Below the pieces are notes generated by a model. It was not told where the DNA came from. It made no database searches and saw only the letters and a program-made list of their open reading frames with translations. Both the position numbers and the translations under genes were made by a program. A DNA stretch of 64,000 bases from an uncultured delta proteobacterium (GTDB lineage Bacteria > Bdellovibrionota > FAC87 > UBA2466): NCBI GenBank assembly GCA_963778115.1, contig CAVZSV010000004.1:896001-960000 (forward strand), in the 5' to 3' direction. Shown piece by piece: positions 29,331 through 39,433 of the stretch (positions within the stretch are counted from its first letter, which is position 1; every line of letters begins with the position of its first letter).

Positions 29331-31061
29331 ATGCAACCGAGTGGGCAAAAAAATAAGGACTCGCTTTGGAGATCACCCCGGCCGTGGCAGACGATCTGCC
29401 TCATTGGATTTTATCTATTTTCCACTTTAGGCATTCTTGCTTGCTTTGTGCTTCCCAGTCACATTTTTCAAGACCACTTTCCTCAATTTATACCCGCCGC
29501 AAAAACGGTCTCCTTAGTGTTGCTCGTGGCGTGCGGCTTGGCCGCCGCAAGTGCTCTTCTCTTACATCAAGCCTTAAATACGTTAAGACAAAAAGAGCCT
29601 CTTCGGCCAAAGATCAATTTCCAGCACCCTTACCAAAGCCACCTTTTCTTCTATCTCAATTTAATTTTAGCGGTGTTTTTATTTGCCAAAGTAGCTTTCC
29701 ACCTATCGACACCTCTTGATATCGATGAAAACATTCACGCTCTTAGTATCGCTCAGGGGAGAATCGCCCAAGAGCTTAACCCTATCAATACCGATCCCGC
29801 TTGGTACACCCAGAACCATGTCCTGCCCCAGATGCTTTCCATTCTGAGCACCAAGATTTTCGGGCTCAATAAGATAGCCTATCGACTCCCAGCTCTTTTG
29901 TTCACTTTTCTTATTCTATTAGCCATCTTCGGAATCGACCCTGAACTAGCTGCCTCTCCGGTTTCCTCCTTCTTGTTACTCCATCTTTCGCTGAATGAGA
30001 TGACGCATTGGTATCTTCACTCCGCACGCGGCTATGCGGGTATGATGCTGCTATCCCTTATCCCTCTTCTTATTGTGTGGAAATTCACCCGGTCGGGACG
30101 AGCGGGAAGCCGATCGCAACTTTGGCTCTATGGAATTTGCTTCCTCTTATCGGTCTTTACGCACATGTTTGGGGCCATCTTTAATGGGCTGCTTTTTCTT
30201 TCCTTACTGCTTTGGCTGGCCATTAACGGAAAGGCCCTGACTAGATCCGCTCGGCACTTTGGATTTAGCTTAGTCACTATCAGCCTCTCGCTACTGCCCG
30301 TCATCGCCTTCGTTCTGATGAACAATATGATTTTGCTGCAACGAATCGGGGATTTAGCGACCGGAAAGGTACCGCCCCTTCCTGAAAATCTCATGGGGGC
30401 CGCGGGCCTATCCTATTTTTGGGAAGGAAAACTTCTACTGCTATTTTTGGTTGCCATTGTCATTCATGGTTTCGTTAATGGAAGGCGCTTTCGCAACGAT
30501 CTTCTCTCCCTCTTCTTAGCCATGTCAGTCGGCTTTTTCTCTCTGTGCATCTTAGTTCTACAGATAAGGGTTTTTGAATCTCGTTTTATCTTAGGTTTTA
30601 TCGCTCCACTCGTCTTTTGGATCACCGAATCGATTCCCTACCTTCGTTCCCGCTGGGCGGCTTTGCTAGCCCTAGCCACAGTAACGCTAACGATCGTATT
30701 GTTGCCTTGGTTAAGTGCACCGGCCATTCAAAATACCCTTTCCATGAACGTCGCCGACTACGACTATTTCATTGGCATGGTTCGAAAGATTACCGCCCCC
30801 GTTGCCGACCACTGTTACTATTTTTCGGGCAAGCGCGATCTCGCCCTTTGGGCGAAAGACTTCTATTTTCATGACGCACTTAATGCCAAGGGCGAAGAAA
30901 AAAAGTGCCGCCTCTCCTATTACATTCACATCGATCCCGGCATGCGAGTCGATCCGGTTACTGGCCGTGAAATTCTGATGATTGACGGCGGTCCACCCCC
31001 GCATTCTCACGAAGTGCTAAAGAACCAAAGCGGTATGTCTCTCTATGAGGCCACGCGATGA
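29331..31061 (+). CDS. GT-C glycosyltransferase-like membrane protein (paralog 2)
   Basis: PLDIDE, NH, RLPALLF, HSARGY, THMFG, FESRF. Confidence 0.7.
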   Translation: MQPSGQKNKDSLWRSPRPWQTICLIGFYLFSTLGILACFVLPSHIFQDHFPQFIPAAKTVSLVLLVACGLAAASALLLHQALNTLRQKEPLRPKINFQHPYQSHLFFYLNLILAVFLFAKVAFHLSTPLDIDENIHALSIAQGRIAQELNPINTDPAWYTQNHVLPQMLSILSTKIFGLNKIAYRLPALLFTFLILLAIFGIDPELAASPVSSFLLLHLSLNEMTHWYLHSARGYAGMMLLSLIPLLIVWKFTRSGRAGSRSQLWLYGICFLLSVFTHMFGAIFNGLLFLSLLLWLAINGKALTRSARHFGFSLVTISLSLLPVIAFVLMNNMILLQRIGDLATGKVPPLPENLMGAAGLSYFWEGKLLLLFLVAIVIHGFVNGRRFRNDLLSLFLAMSVGFFSLCILVLQIRVFESRFILGFIAPLVFWITESIPYLRSRWAALLALATVTLTIVLLPWLSAPAIQNTLSMNVADYDYFIGMVRKITAPVADHCYYFSGKRDLALWAKDFYFHDALNAKGEEKKCRLSYYIHIDPGMRVDPVTGREILMIDGGPPPHSHEVLKNQSGMSLYEATR

Positions 31062-32782
31062 CTTTCTCTTCGCGCATGACACTGTTGCTGAATAGCCTTT
31101 CCGCCCTAACCTTAGCCATCGCAGGAACTCTTTTCCTTAGTGGCTCAAGCCGAATCCTACTTAGGAAACTAGGGACCGTTGCCCCCACCTTCACGACTTT
31201 CCTCCCCCTGATGGTCTTTGTGCTAACGACGGCTGGAGTTCTTTGCTATCTATGGGGAAAGGTTTTTGCGGCCGAAGAAAATTCCACGATTGCACCATCT
31301 CCCATTCCCTTACGAATATCACCCGCCACCAAGGGAATAGTAATCCTTCAGATCCTTCTTTCGCTAGCCGTTATCACCCGAAGCCTTTTACAAATCCAAG
31401 TTCCTTTAGACTGGGATGAACACGAGCATGTGAGTCAGCTCGCCGGAGGCGATGCCTGGGCCTCCATGAATCCCTTTCGGGGTTCGGAAGTCCATTCCAT
31501 CGCGGCTATGGCTAGCTTTGTTAGCATGAAAATATTTGGTCCTTCGAAAGTAGCCGCACGAATTCCAGCCATCTTATTCTCGGTAGGGTTTTTGATTGTC
31601 CTGAACCTTCTGTTTCTACGCTATGCTTCACCGGTCGCTTCGATCTTTTGCCTAGCCACCCTCGCCGGAAATCTCATGGTCATCTATATGATGCACTCCA
31701 TGCGAGGGTATGCTCCCATGCTTTGCTTTAGTACCCTATCGCTTCTTTTTGTCCTAGATTTTATCGCAGGCAGAAAAATTCGTTTACCTGCCTTTGCGCT
31801 GGTAACGGGAATCGCAATCTTTTGTCATAGTTTCGCCGGGCTATTTACCGCCCTGCTTTTTACGGCTCTTCTTTTTTGGCTATACCAAAACAGGAAAAAG
31901 CTTCCGGCGGAAAGTCTTCGACTCGGAAATAAAATGCTAGCCGTGCAGTTCTTTTGGTTATTGGTATTCGCTTCGGTATCGGTTTTTGTCTTGTTGCATC
32001 TACGCGATACGGGGTTCGCGCTGCCTCAGGGGGAAGTTCCCGCTTGGGTATTTGAAATGGCACCCTATCGACTCTTTTCCCTCTTTGGACTCGTTCGGAT
32101 GTGGGAAATTAAACTCTTTCTTTTTCTGATGCTCTTTCTACTGGGAATTCGCCTGCTTCAACCCCGGACCAAAGCGACTTCCTTTCCCGTTTTGTTACTC
32201 GTAATCACCACCTTCAGTATGTTGTGCCTCTCCCAGCTTTTGCATATTCCGTTATTAGAGGGGCGCATGCTAACTCCATTTCTTGTGATCTTTTTGTGGT
32301 GGGCCGGGGAAACGATCGATCAGGTGTCGTCGAAGCCTCTGAAGCGGGTTCTCTTCGTTGTAGCCCTTAGTCTTCTGGTGCTCCCCTTCCATTTGCACCA
32401 TGATGCCGACGATGGAGTCCCCGAACATTTTGCCGATCATGAAAAATTTGCAGCAAAGGTTTATAGCATTGTATCGGGCTTTCCCGATCGCTGTTTCTCC
32501 TTTTCGGGAGATCCCGCCGGGGTGAAGTACGCGGCCAATTTTTATTTTTTGAAGGAACGCCAGATAACCCTGCAGGACGACTGTGCTCACCACTTCCATC
32601 TTTTTTATGGAGAGGGGCTTTTCAGAGCAAAATACGAATGGACTCCTCCCAAAAACGCTGCTTTTGTTCAAAGGCTTTATGACGATGATAAAGGGAGAGT
32701 CTTATTCTCTTTGCAAAACAAGGCTAAGAGGTTGACGATGAAGGACTCGTTGGCAACGCCGGCCCGTAGATCCAAAGATTAG
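31058..32782 (+). CDS. GT-C glycosyltransferase-like membrane protein (paralog 3)
   Basis: PLDWDE, RIPAILF, HSMRGY, CHSFAG, LEGRM; ATGA overlap with paralog 2. Confidence 0.7.
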   Translation: MTFSSRMTLLLNSLSALTLAIAGTLFLSGSSRILLRKLGTVAPTFTTFLPLMVFVLTTAGVLCYLWGKVFAAEENSTIAPSPIPLRISPATKGIVILQILLSLAVITRSLLQIQVPLDWDEHEHVSQLAGGDAWASMNPFRGSEVHSIAAMASFVSMKIFGPSKVAARIPAILFSVGFLIVLNLLFLRYASPVASIFCLATLAGNLMVIYMMHSMRGYAPMLCFSTLSLLFVLDFIAGRKIRLPAFALVTGIAIFCHSFAGLFTALLFTALLFWLYQNRKKLPAESLRLGNKMLAVQFFWLLVFASVSVFVLLHLRDTGFALPQGEVPAWVFEMAPYRLFSLFGLVRMWEIKLFLFLMLFLLGIRLLQPRTKATSFPVLLLVITTFSMLCLSQLLHIPLLEGRMLTPFLVIFLWWAGETIDQVSSKPLKRVLFVVALSLLVLPFHLHHDADDGVPEHFADHEKFAAKVYSIVSGFPDRCFSFSGDPAGVKYAANFYFLKERQITLQDDCAHHFHLFYGEGLFRAKYEWTPPKNAAFVQRLYDDDKGRVLFSLQNKAKRLTMKDSLATPARRSKD

Positions 32783-34430
32783 TCTCAATTGAAGGAAACT
32801 GTTTTAACCCAATTTTTTTAAATTCGCTTACCAGCGCTTCCGACGGCGGTGAAATCAGAAGCACATATTTTTTCTCGGGAAATCTTGAAAGAAAGTCGAG
32901 CGTCTCTTTAAGGTTTCCTGGCAAAAACACCGAGCGATTATCGGCAAACCAGGTCACATCGCGCTGAGGCTGGGCCAAAATAAGACTATCTTGAGAAATC
33001 CCCATCTCCCGTAGGTGGGTCAGCGACCACTGGTAAGGACGGATCCCCTCCCGCGGCGGCTCCTGAAAATTAGTCCAATTCACCTTTAGCTGAGACCACT
33101 GGATCATTAGAAAGAAACCCGCAGCGGTCGCTATCGCAATGGGTCTCCACTGGCGAGACCACCCACGTCCCAAAACGGGCAACAAAAGAATTGCCGCAAT
33201 GATCGCTTCCAAAAGGACAAAGGTCTGTTCGGATAAATGTCGATTTACCACTGCCAAGACAAGAAAAAAAATTCCTGCCGCAAGACAGGTCCGCCGGTTT
33301 AGGGAATGGCGAAGGAGCTTTAAATAACAGAGCGCAAAAAATAGATGAAAACCCACAAGGTGGATCTGAACCCGGTAGTCGTACCAAAAAAGTAAGACCG
33401 AGGCCATCGAGGTTGCATAACTTAAGAGGAAGAAACCGAGCCAGGGGCTGCGTTTTCTCCAAAGCAGCCACAAAAGAGCGGGCGCAAATACCCACCAGTC
33501 TCCCCACCAATTGTTGATTTCTCTAAGCATCCTTTTCCCGTAGGAAAAAGCCTTTCGCAGGACGAATTTCCGATAGGTCCACATCGCTTGAAGGGTTCCC
33601 GGCCTTACCGGCATATAAATATTAAGATCAGGCCCTCCAAAATGTTCGATCTCTTTTACCGGTGAATAGGTCTCGGCATATTTGATCTCCCCCCGAGAGC
33701 TAGACCAAAGGCCAAAAGAGGTCGGGATAAGAAATCCCAGCGCAAAAAGGGCAACGCCCCAACTCCTCCTCGTCCGCCAGGTCAGATAAAAGAAACCTGG
33801 GGCCAATATCATTCCGGTGGCACGGGAAAGGTGCAAAACACCGAGTCCTAGCCCCGAAAGAAAGGAAGCCATTAAGGGCGGCTTCATTCTTTGGAGCATG
33901 AAAATGGTGAGTAGCACGACGAACATAAGCGATTCGGTGAGACCCAAAAGCTCTAAATTTAAAAGAGCCGGACAAAAGGCCAACAGAAATGCGCCCCAAG
34001 TTGCCAAAAAGGGCGAGACCATTTTTCTTAAGTAGCAGTAAGCCAAGGGCAAAATAAGAGTCATATAAATGGCCGTCGTATAAAAAACCGGCCGGTAGGA
34101 GCTATCTCCCAAGAGTTTCATCAGCCCCGCAATGATCAAAGGATGAATGACGGCAAAGACATAGGAATTAAGACTGTGCTTGGCGTCCGAAAGCTGCATG
34201 ACGTGGATGGCATCGACCCGAAATCCTAGACCGCGAATGAAGTTTCGAGCCATCGTCCCATAATGTTTCAAATCGTGGCCCGCGGCCCACAAACCTTCGC
34301 CGTACTTCACGGCCCTAAAAATGTTGTAAGCAAAAAGGACAGCCATTCCACAAGCAATAATAGGCCATGGCCAAAAGGCCGCACGATCTCGGTGAAGTTT
34401 TAAAAGCTTGGATCCTGATTGCATGAGCAC
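32724..34430 (-). CDS. GT-C glycosyltransferase-like membrane protein (ArnT/PMT-like)
   Basis: TM1 then D..HY..MARN...GLG, HPL, LTESL, LSR, DYR; polytopic. Confidence 0.65.
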   Translation of the reverse strand: MLMQSGSKLLKLHRDRAAFWPWPIIACGMAVLFAYNIFRAVKYGEGLWAAGHDLKHYGTMARNFIRGLGFRVDAIHVMQLSDAKHSLNSYVFAVIHPLIIAGLMKLLGDSSYRPVFYTTAIYMTLILPLAYCYLRKMVSPFLATWGAFLLAFCPALLNLELLGLTESLMFVVLLTIFMLQRMKPPLMASFLSGLGLGVLHLSRATGMILAPGFFYLTWRTRRSWGVALFALGFLIPTSFGLWSSSRGEIKYAETYSPVKEIEHFGGPDLNIYMPVRPGTLQAMWTYRKFVLRKAFSYGKRMLREINNWWGDWWVFAPALLWLLWRKRSPWLGFFLLSYATSMASVLLFWYDYRVQIHLVGFHLFFALCYLKLLRHSLNRRTCLAAGIFFLVLAVVNRHLSEQTFVLLEAIIAAILLLPVLGRGWSRQWRPIAIATAAGFFLMIQWSQLKVNWTNFQEPPREGIRPYQWSLTHLREMGISQDSLILAQPQRDVTWFADNRSVFLPGNLKETLDFLSRFPEKKYVLLISPPSEALVSEFKKIGLKQFPSIETNLWIYGPALPTSPSSSTS

Positions 34431-34523
34431 TGAATGGGCTGGATAGTAATGTTAGCCTAAAATTTGAGGTAAATCGAACTAACAGTGTCGGACTAGCAGA
34501 ATGAAATTGCCGCATCGCTTCGC

Positions 34524-35294
34524 TTAAGCAACTTCCGTCAAATGGCGTTTGGGTTTCACTTGAACCTGGAGATGGTTCTCAATCTCTTTGACTCCCCAGA
34601 CGGAATCTACGAGATGTTCGGCAACCCTTCGAGCACGCCGGGACTTCACGTCACCTTCTAAAATTACCTCTCCCGCCTTCACATGCACGGTAATGTCTTG
34701 GGCATCAAATTCTCTTTGATGGTATAGCCGCTCGTTGATCTCCTCTTCGATCCGAGCGTCCGATCGTTGGTAGGAGCGGGGGCCCATAGGCTCATGCTCT
34801 CGTCCACGTTCTTGATCGTAGACAGGCAAACCAAAATATCCCAAACCATAGAGCGGCCAGTTAGAATATCCCATGGGGTCGGGAACTCCGCCGAAATAGC
34901 GATGATTTTGAAAGCCTTTATTGGTCCAGATGTCGGTATCCCGATTTCTCCCGGCGTTTCGTGGAGTTACTCCCACACTACCCGCAATTCCCAGCGCCAG
35001 AAAGACAGCGGCAAAACCAAAATTCCACCACAATAAGGAATTACTCCCCACCATCGCGACACCAAAAATCCAAACGATAAACAAAGCCACAGACAGAAGA
35101 ATGGGGCCTCCCACTTGAGCCAAGTGCTTTCGGTCTCGCTCCGAAGATGGAATCATGACTGCCGTGCCGAAAGAAACGATCCCGGCGACTAAGTCAGCCC
35201 ATGCTACCCACGTCACTGCTCCCGGCATGTTTAAACCAGCTAGCCATAATAAAGTTAATCCCACGCCAAGTACGATGCAGAACCCTTTGATCAT
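34524..35294 (-). CDS. SPW-repeat-like four-TM domain fused to a BON domain
   Basis: C-terminal GPRSYQRSDARIEEEINERL...ITVHVKAGEVILEGDV...VWGVKEIENHL is a BON domain. The N-terminal TMs end in WWNF. AGGAGG SD. Confidence 0.85.
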   Translation of the reverse strand: MIKGFCIVLGVGLTLLWLAGLNMPGAVTWVAWADLVAGIVSFGTAVMIPSSERDRKHLAQVGGPILLSVALFIVWIFGVAMVGSNSLLWWNFGFAAVFLALGIAGSVGVTPRNAGRNRDTDIWTNKGFQNHRYFGGVPDPMGYSNWPLYGLGYFGLPVYDQERGREHEPMGPRSYQRSDARIEEEINERLYHQREFDAQDITVHVKAGEVILEGDVKSRRARRVAEHLVDSVWGVKEIENHLQVQVKPKRHLTEVA

Positions 35295-35318
35295 AACTCC
35301 TCCTAAACAAAAAATTGC

Positions 35319-35678
35319 CTAAGCACTCCGGCGAAAAGGCATTTGATTATCAAACCGGTTTTGATCTCTTCCTGAAGCCGCCGTCAGCACCAGAAACGTG
35401 CAAGCGAAAGCGAAATTCCACCACGTCATCCAAGGAACTACTCCGACAATAAGAGCGGCCCCCCAAAGAACAAAGAGCGCTGCCGCCATGCCGATACAAC
35501 CGCCGGTCAATGAGGAACGGCTGCTTTCAGGGCCCAGGGAGCCAGCGAACACCAAAGCCGCAACGCCGGCCACTCCATCGAGCCACGTTAACCAGCCTGA
35601 AGCGTTAACGGTCGAAATTCCTGCTATCCAAAGAACGATAAGACCAACCCCTAAAATGGTAGATATTCCTTTAATCAT
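35319..35678 (-). CDS. Small four-TM SPW-repeat-like membrane protein
   Basis: MIKGISTILGVGLIVLW...WLD...WWNFAFA, paralogous to the N-terminus of the downstream BON protein. AGGAG SD before ATG 35678. Confidence 0.75.
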   Translation of the reverse strand: MIKGISTILGVGLIVLWIAGISTVNASGWLTWLDGVAGVAALVFAGSLGPESSRSSLTGGCIGMAAALFVLWGAALIVGVVPWMTWWNFAFACTFLVLTAASGRDQNRFDNQMPFRRSA

Positions 35679-35727
35679 ACGAAAACTCCTTTTGCTGAGG
35701 CTCTCGTCCAGTTTCACAAATACAAAC

Positions 35728-35743
35728 TGCAAAGCGAGGGCCA
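35728..35743 (-). promoter_or_regulatory. sigma54 (-24/-12) promoter of the SPW/BON operon
   Basis: Minus strand TGGCCCTCGCTTTGCA (GG-N10-GC), ~50 bp upstream of the ATG; palindrome GTCGC-N5-GCGAC at 35795-35809. Confidence 0.6.
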
Positions 35744-35939
35744 ACCGCTGCTAGGCCTGAAAACCGAATAGAAGGTTCCGTTGTGGAAAATAGCGTCGCG
35801 GAAAGCGACAAACGTTGAAATGCTACCTCCGCTAACAACGCCAGATGAGATTAGCGCAACGAGTCATAATCTCTTTGCATTTATATTCCGATAAACCAGG
35901 GAGATAGTGCGCAGCTATGCGCTAGAGGAGAACGCTCGG

Positions 35940-36860
35940 ATGGCAAGCGGGTTTTGGGCCTCGCGACAAAAAAAGCGAGGGAAAATTCAGCAAGAGTCCT
36001 TCAATAGGGACAAGCACTGGACCCGTAAATTTTCCGTGCGTACGGAATGCTGGCCCATCGTTGAGCATTGGGCAAACGAGTACGACTACCATCTCATCGC
36101 TATCCGGGGAAAACGAAGGCTCTACCAAAAAGGTTATCCCGGATCGCTTTACGTCACTAACTTCGACATAAGACAAGAAGAAGGACACGTCATCTTAGCC
36201 GCTTGGATAGTACCCAGCTTTCTTACGCGCGCTCTTTCTTTTTTTACGATGCCTAAGGAATTAAAGATCGATCCCAGGGGCCATTCGGGAATTGTAAAGC
36301 GGCGCAGGATCTGCCGAGAGATGAATGCTCTGCTCGAAAGATTCAAACAAAACTCCATCCATGAAAGTACCGGCATCCATTGGGCGGATCTCGATCCGAC
36401 GACTTTGATTCTCGCAGGCGCCTTGGGACTTCCGCTTTTTATTTTTCTGGCCGGAACGGTCAATGGATTTGAGATAAGGCCCGGATTGGTTCCCCTACTG
36501 TTGGCGGCTGTGGGAAGGCCACTCGCTTGGCTTACTGCCCTTGCGGCCGCCGTAGTTTTGTTGCACCAAAGTCTTGCTCTTAATCGATTAAAAACGCTTC
36601 CGCTCAAAGCCATCTCAGCGGGAAGCATATTTGTTCTCTATACGGTGCTTACTCTCGTAGTCACGAGTCGAACGACTTGGGATATGACAGAAGCCAAAGT
36701 CACCTTTCACTGCGTGCAAAAATATAAGAAAGAGGTGTGCGAAGGAATTTTAGGTCGTCTCAGCATCAAACAGCGAACTCACGTATTGGAAAAACTTCAA
36801 CAGCTCGAAAAAGAGCTGACCGCGAAAGACGCTTCAAACTCTTTGGGGAATGTTCGGTAA
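35940..36860 (+). CDS. Hypothetical membrane protein (soluble N-domain + 3 TM)
   Basis: Long ORF with GAGGAG SD before ATG 35940. Confidence 0.75.
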   Translation: MASGFWASRQKKRGKIQQESFNRDKHWTRKFSVRTECWPIVEHWANEYDYHLIAIRGKRRLYQKGYPGSLYVTNFDIRQEEGHVILAAWIVPSFLTRALSFFTMPKELKIDPRGHSGIVKRRRICREMNALLERFKQNSIHESTGIHWADLDPTTLILAGALGLPLFIFLAGTVNGFEIRPGLVPLLLAAVGRPLAWLTALAAAVVLLHQSLALNRLKTLPLKAISAGSIFVLYTVLTLVVTSRTTWDMTEAKVTFHCVQKYKKEVCEGILGRLSIKQRTHVLEKLQQLEKELTAKDASNSLGNVR

Positions 36861-36871
36861 TAGCACTAAGA

Positions 36872-36894
36872 AGCGCTCCTTCGGAGCGTCATCT
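36872..36894 (+). repeat. REP-like palindromic repeat, copy 1
   Basis: AGCGCTCCTTCGGAGCGTCATCT, the exact reverse complement of 56801-56823. Confidence 0.75.
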
Positions 36895-36992
36895 ACCCGA
36901 CTCTCCCGCCCCCGCCCACCTTAAATGTTGGAAAAAGAGAAGTAGCGCGTCCCATCCGAGTAAAACGTCCCAATCACGTGGTACTGAAATCC

Positions 36993-38144
36993 TCAAAGGC
37001 TTTTGGAAAAGATTCCGGAAACGTTAGGGAGAGATTCAAGGGCGTGAGGCGGCGAAGTAGGAGCCCCTGCCGACTTCACCTCACCGCTGCAGGTAGATAC
37101 CCTCTCCATTCTGGAAAGCCTTTCTCCGGCAAATTCCTTTTTTAGAGCAGCTACCGCCGTGCGAAGGTTCAAATCTACGGCGTCTCCCGAATCGACTTCA
37201 TACTCCTTTAGCCATTCACAATATTTGTCCCTGTCGAACCATGACACTGTTCTGACCGGTGTGGTACTCGCTAGCGGCGTTCTTAAGTATCCTAAGGGAA
37301 AGCCATAAAGCTTAATGTCTGCCGTTTTCTCTCCTATATCCTGGCGTAACATCACTAAGACCGATTTCTCGTCGTTCTTTTCTCCTCGCACCCAGGGCTC
37401 AATTCCAATGACAAGGACCGGGATAGCCTTTTCGCCATCGACTTGGATGAAATAATTTTGTTCCTGCGGTTTGGCATCGGAAGCTTTCTGGAACTTCCCT
37501 ACCAAAGGCAGCACTCGATCCCCCACGTCCTCCAAAGGGATTAGCGTTGCATCCAATGGGGAGGTCATCTCCGTAACATCGTCTAAAGCGCGTCTCCACG
37601 TTTTGACCTCAAATCCGGCAAAGTAGCGCGGGCGGCCCGTCGTAAGGTCGATAAAGATTCCATAATAGACGGCAGGGGCCAGAAGTCCGTCGTCGGTTTC
37701 AACCATTACCATGCTATCCTCGCCGTCCGGAACCAAGCGAAACAGTGTCCTTAGCACGGGAGCCGAGATGAGATCGAGTCGCTGCTCCACGCGTCGCTTC
37801 CCCCTTTTTCCAACGACATAACTTTGCAAGACGGGCAGGTACCGGGTCGGTATTTTGTCTGAGTTTCGAGAGGCCACTGAGAAGAACAGACGGGAAGGAC
37901 TCTCCTCTGTTCTGGCCATTTCTATCGGTTGATCCGGATTTTCGGGTGGGTCCTCGTCGATGCCCACTCTGCGATGAATGATTTGAACTGATACCTGAAG
38001 GGGCACTCCAAAGCCATCTAGCGTGATAGGCTCATTGGCGTGAGCAGGGGATGCCGCCCCTAAAGCGAAAGATACCGCTAGAATCAATTTCGATGAAATC
38101 GATGATAGTAGCGCCGAAAACGGCGATGATGCCTTGGTTCCCAT
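36993..38144 (-). CDS. Secreted hypothetical protein
   Basis: 383-aa ORF with signal peptide ending AHA-N; no family recognised. Confidence 0.75.
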   Translation of the reverse strand: MGTKASSPFSALLSSISSKLILAVSFALGAASPAHANEPITLDGFGVPLQVSVQIIHRRVGIDEDPPENPDQPIEMARTEESPSRLFFSVASRNSDKIPTRYLPVLQSYVVGKRGKRRVEQRLDLISAPVLRTLFRLVPDGEDSMVMVETDDGLLAPAVYYGIFIDLTTGRPRYFAGFEVKTWRRALDDVTEMTSPLDATLIPLEDVGDRVLPLVGKFQKASDAKPQEQNYFIQVDGEKAIPVLVIGIEPWVRGEKNDEKSVLVMLRQDIGEKTADIKLYGFPLGYLRTPLASTTPVRTVSWFDRDKYCEWLKEYEVDSGDAVDLNLRTAVAALKKEFAGERLSRMERVSTCSGEVKSAGAPTSPPHALESLPNVSGIFSKSL

Positions 38145-38261
38145 TCCCCAATCCCCCCAAACCTAATGACTTGATAGAAGCGAATGTGGGGATGCGCGTC
38201 AATAAAAATAATGCCGGTGGGGTTGGTTTCTCTCCTTTAATCCTTGGATGCCTGGATACCA

Positions 38262-39233
38262 TTATCCAGGCGCAAACCGATCACAAGCCGCAATCAAAGC
38301 CCGGCACGTACCCGGCTCAAACACCGAATGTCCCGCATCTGGGATGATCGTTAGCTCCGCTTCCGGCCACGCCCTGTGCAACGCCCACGCGCTATCCATG
38401 GGACAGACAACGTCGTAACGACCTTGAACGATAACCGCGGGAATATGGCGAATTTTGGAAACGTTTCGAAGCAACTGGTCGTCATGTTCAAAAAATCCCT
38501 TATTTACAAAATAGTGGCACTCAATGCGGGCAAATGCGGTTGCAAAATCTTCTTTCCCGTAATCGTCGATAAATTTAGTATCGGGAAAGAGTTTGCTTGT
38601 ACTTCCCTCCCATTGACTCCAAATCCGAGCGGCCGCAAGAAGGGTACTCTTATCGTTGCTGGTGAGGCGCTTGTAGTAGGCTTTTACGAGATCCCCTCGC
38701 TCGGCAACGGGAATATGATTCAGGTAGGGTTCCCAAGCATCAGGGTACAACTGACTAGCCCCTTCTTGATAAAACCAATCGATCTCTTTTTTTCGAAGCA
38801 GAAAGATACCCCGTAAAAGGAGCTCCGTTACCGCTTCAGGATGAGTCTCCGCATAGGCCAAAGCGAGCGTACTGCCCCACGAACCTCCAAAGACCTGCCA
38901 TTTTGCTATTTTCAGATGGTGACGAATCTTTTCCATATCGGCGACCAGATCCCAGGTGGTGTTCTGTTGCAGACAAGCATGGGGAATACTCTTCCCACAG
39001 CCACGCTGATCGAAAAGGACGATGCGATATTTTTCGGGATTGAAGAATCTACGATGCTTCGCATCGCACCCGCCTCCGGGACCTCCATGGACAAAGACCA
39101 CGGGTTTTCCCGACGGATTTCCAGACTCCTCGTAATAAATTTCATGAATGTCAGAAACTTTAAGCATCCCCGTAAGGTAGGGAGTCAGGGGGGGGTATTG
39201 TGAAGTTTGCGAATCCTTTTGAGCTTGATGCAT
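38262..39233 (-). CDS. pip: Proline iminopeptidase (S33)
   Basis: HGGPGGG, DQRGCG, GGSWGSTL, LRGIFL, ARIECHYF, QGRYD, DAGHS. Confidence 0.95.
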   Translation of the reverse strand: MHQAQKDSQTSQYPPLTPYLTGMLKVSDIHEIYYEESGNPSGKPVVFVHGGPGGGCDAKHRRFFNPEKYRIVLFDQRGCGKSIPHACLQQNTTWDLVADMEKIRHHLKIAKWQVFGGSWGSTLALAYAETHPEAVTELLLRGIFLLRKKEIDWFYQEGASQLYPDAWEPYLNHIPVAERGDLVKAYYKRLTSNDKSTLLAAARIWSQWEGSTSKLFPDTKFIDDYGKEDFATAFARIECHYFVNKGFFEHDDQLLRNVSKIRHIPAVIVQGRYDVVCPMDSAWALHRAWPEAELTIIPDAGHSVFEPGTCRALIAACDRFAPG

Positions 39234-39433
39234 GGCGACATTCCTTACTTTAACGTTACATAGGCTTTAACAAGTGTTTCACCTAAATCAATCCCAATCC
39301 TGCTAAGAAAATAAAGACATGTCATCCTAGATTAAGTAGATAAGCGCGCGTTCATTCACACCTGCGAAACTTTTTTCGAGGCGCGCTTGATAACAAGATC
39401 TTAAAAACCAAATCCCCCTTTCCGGAGAACATC

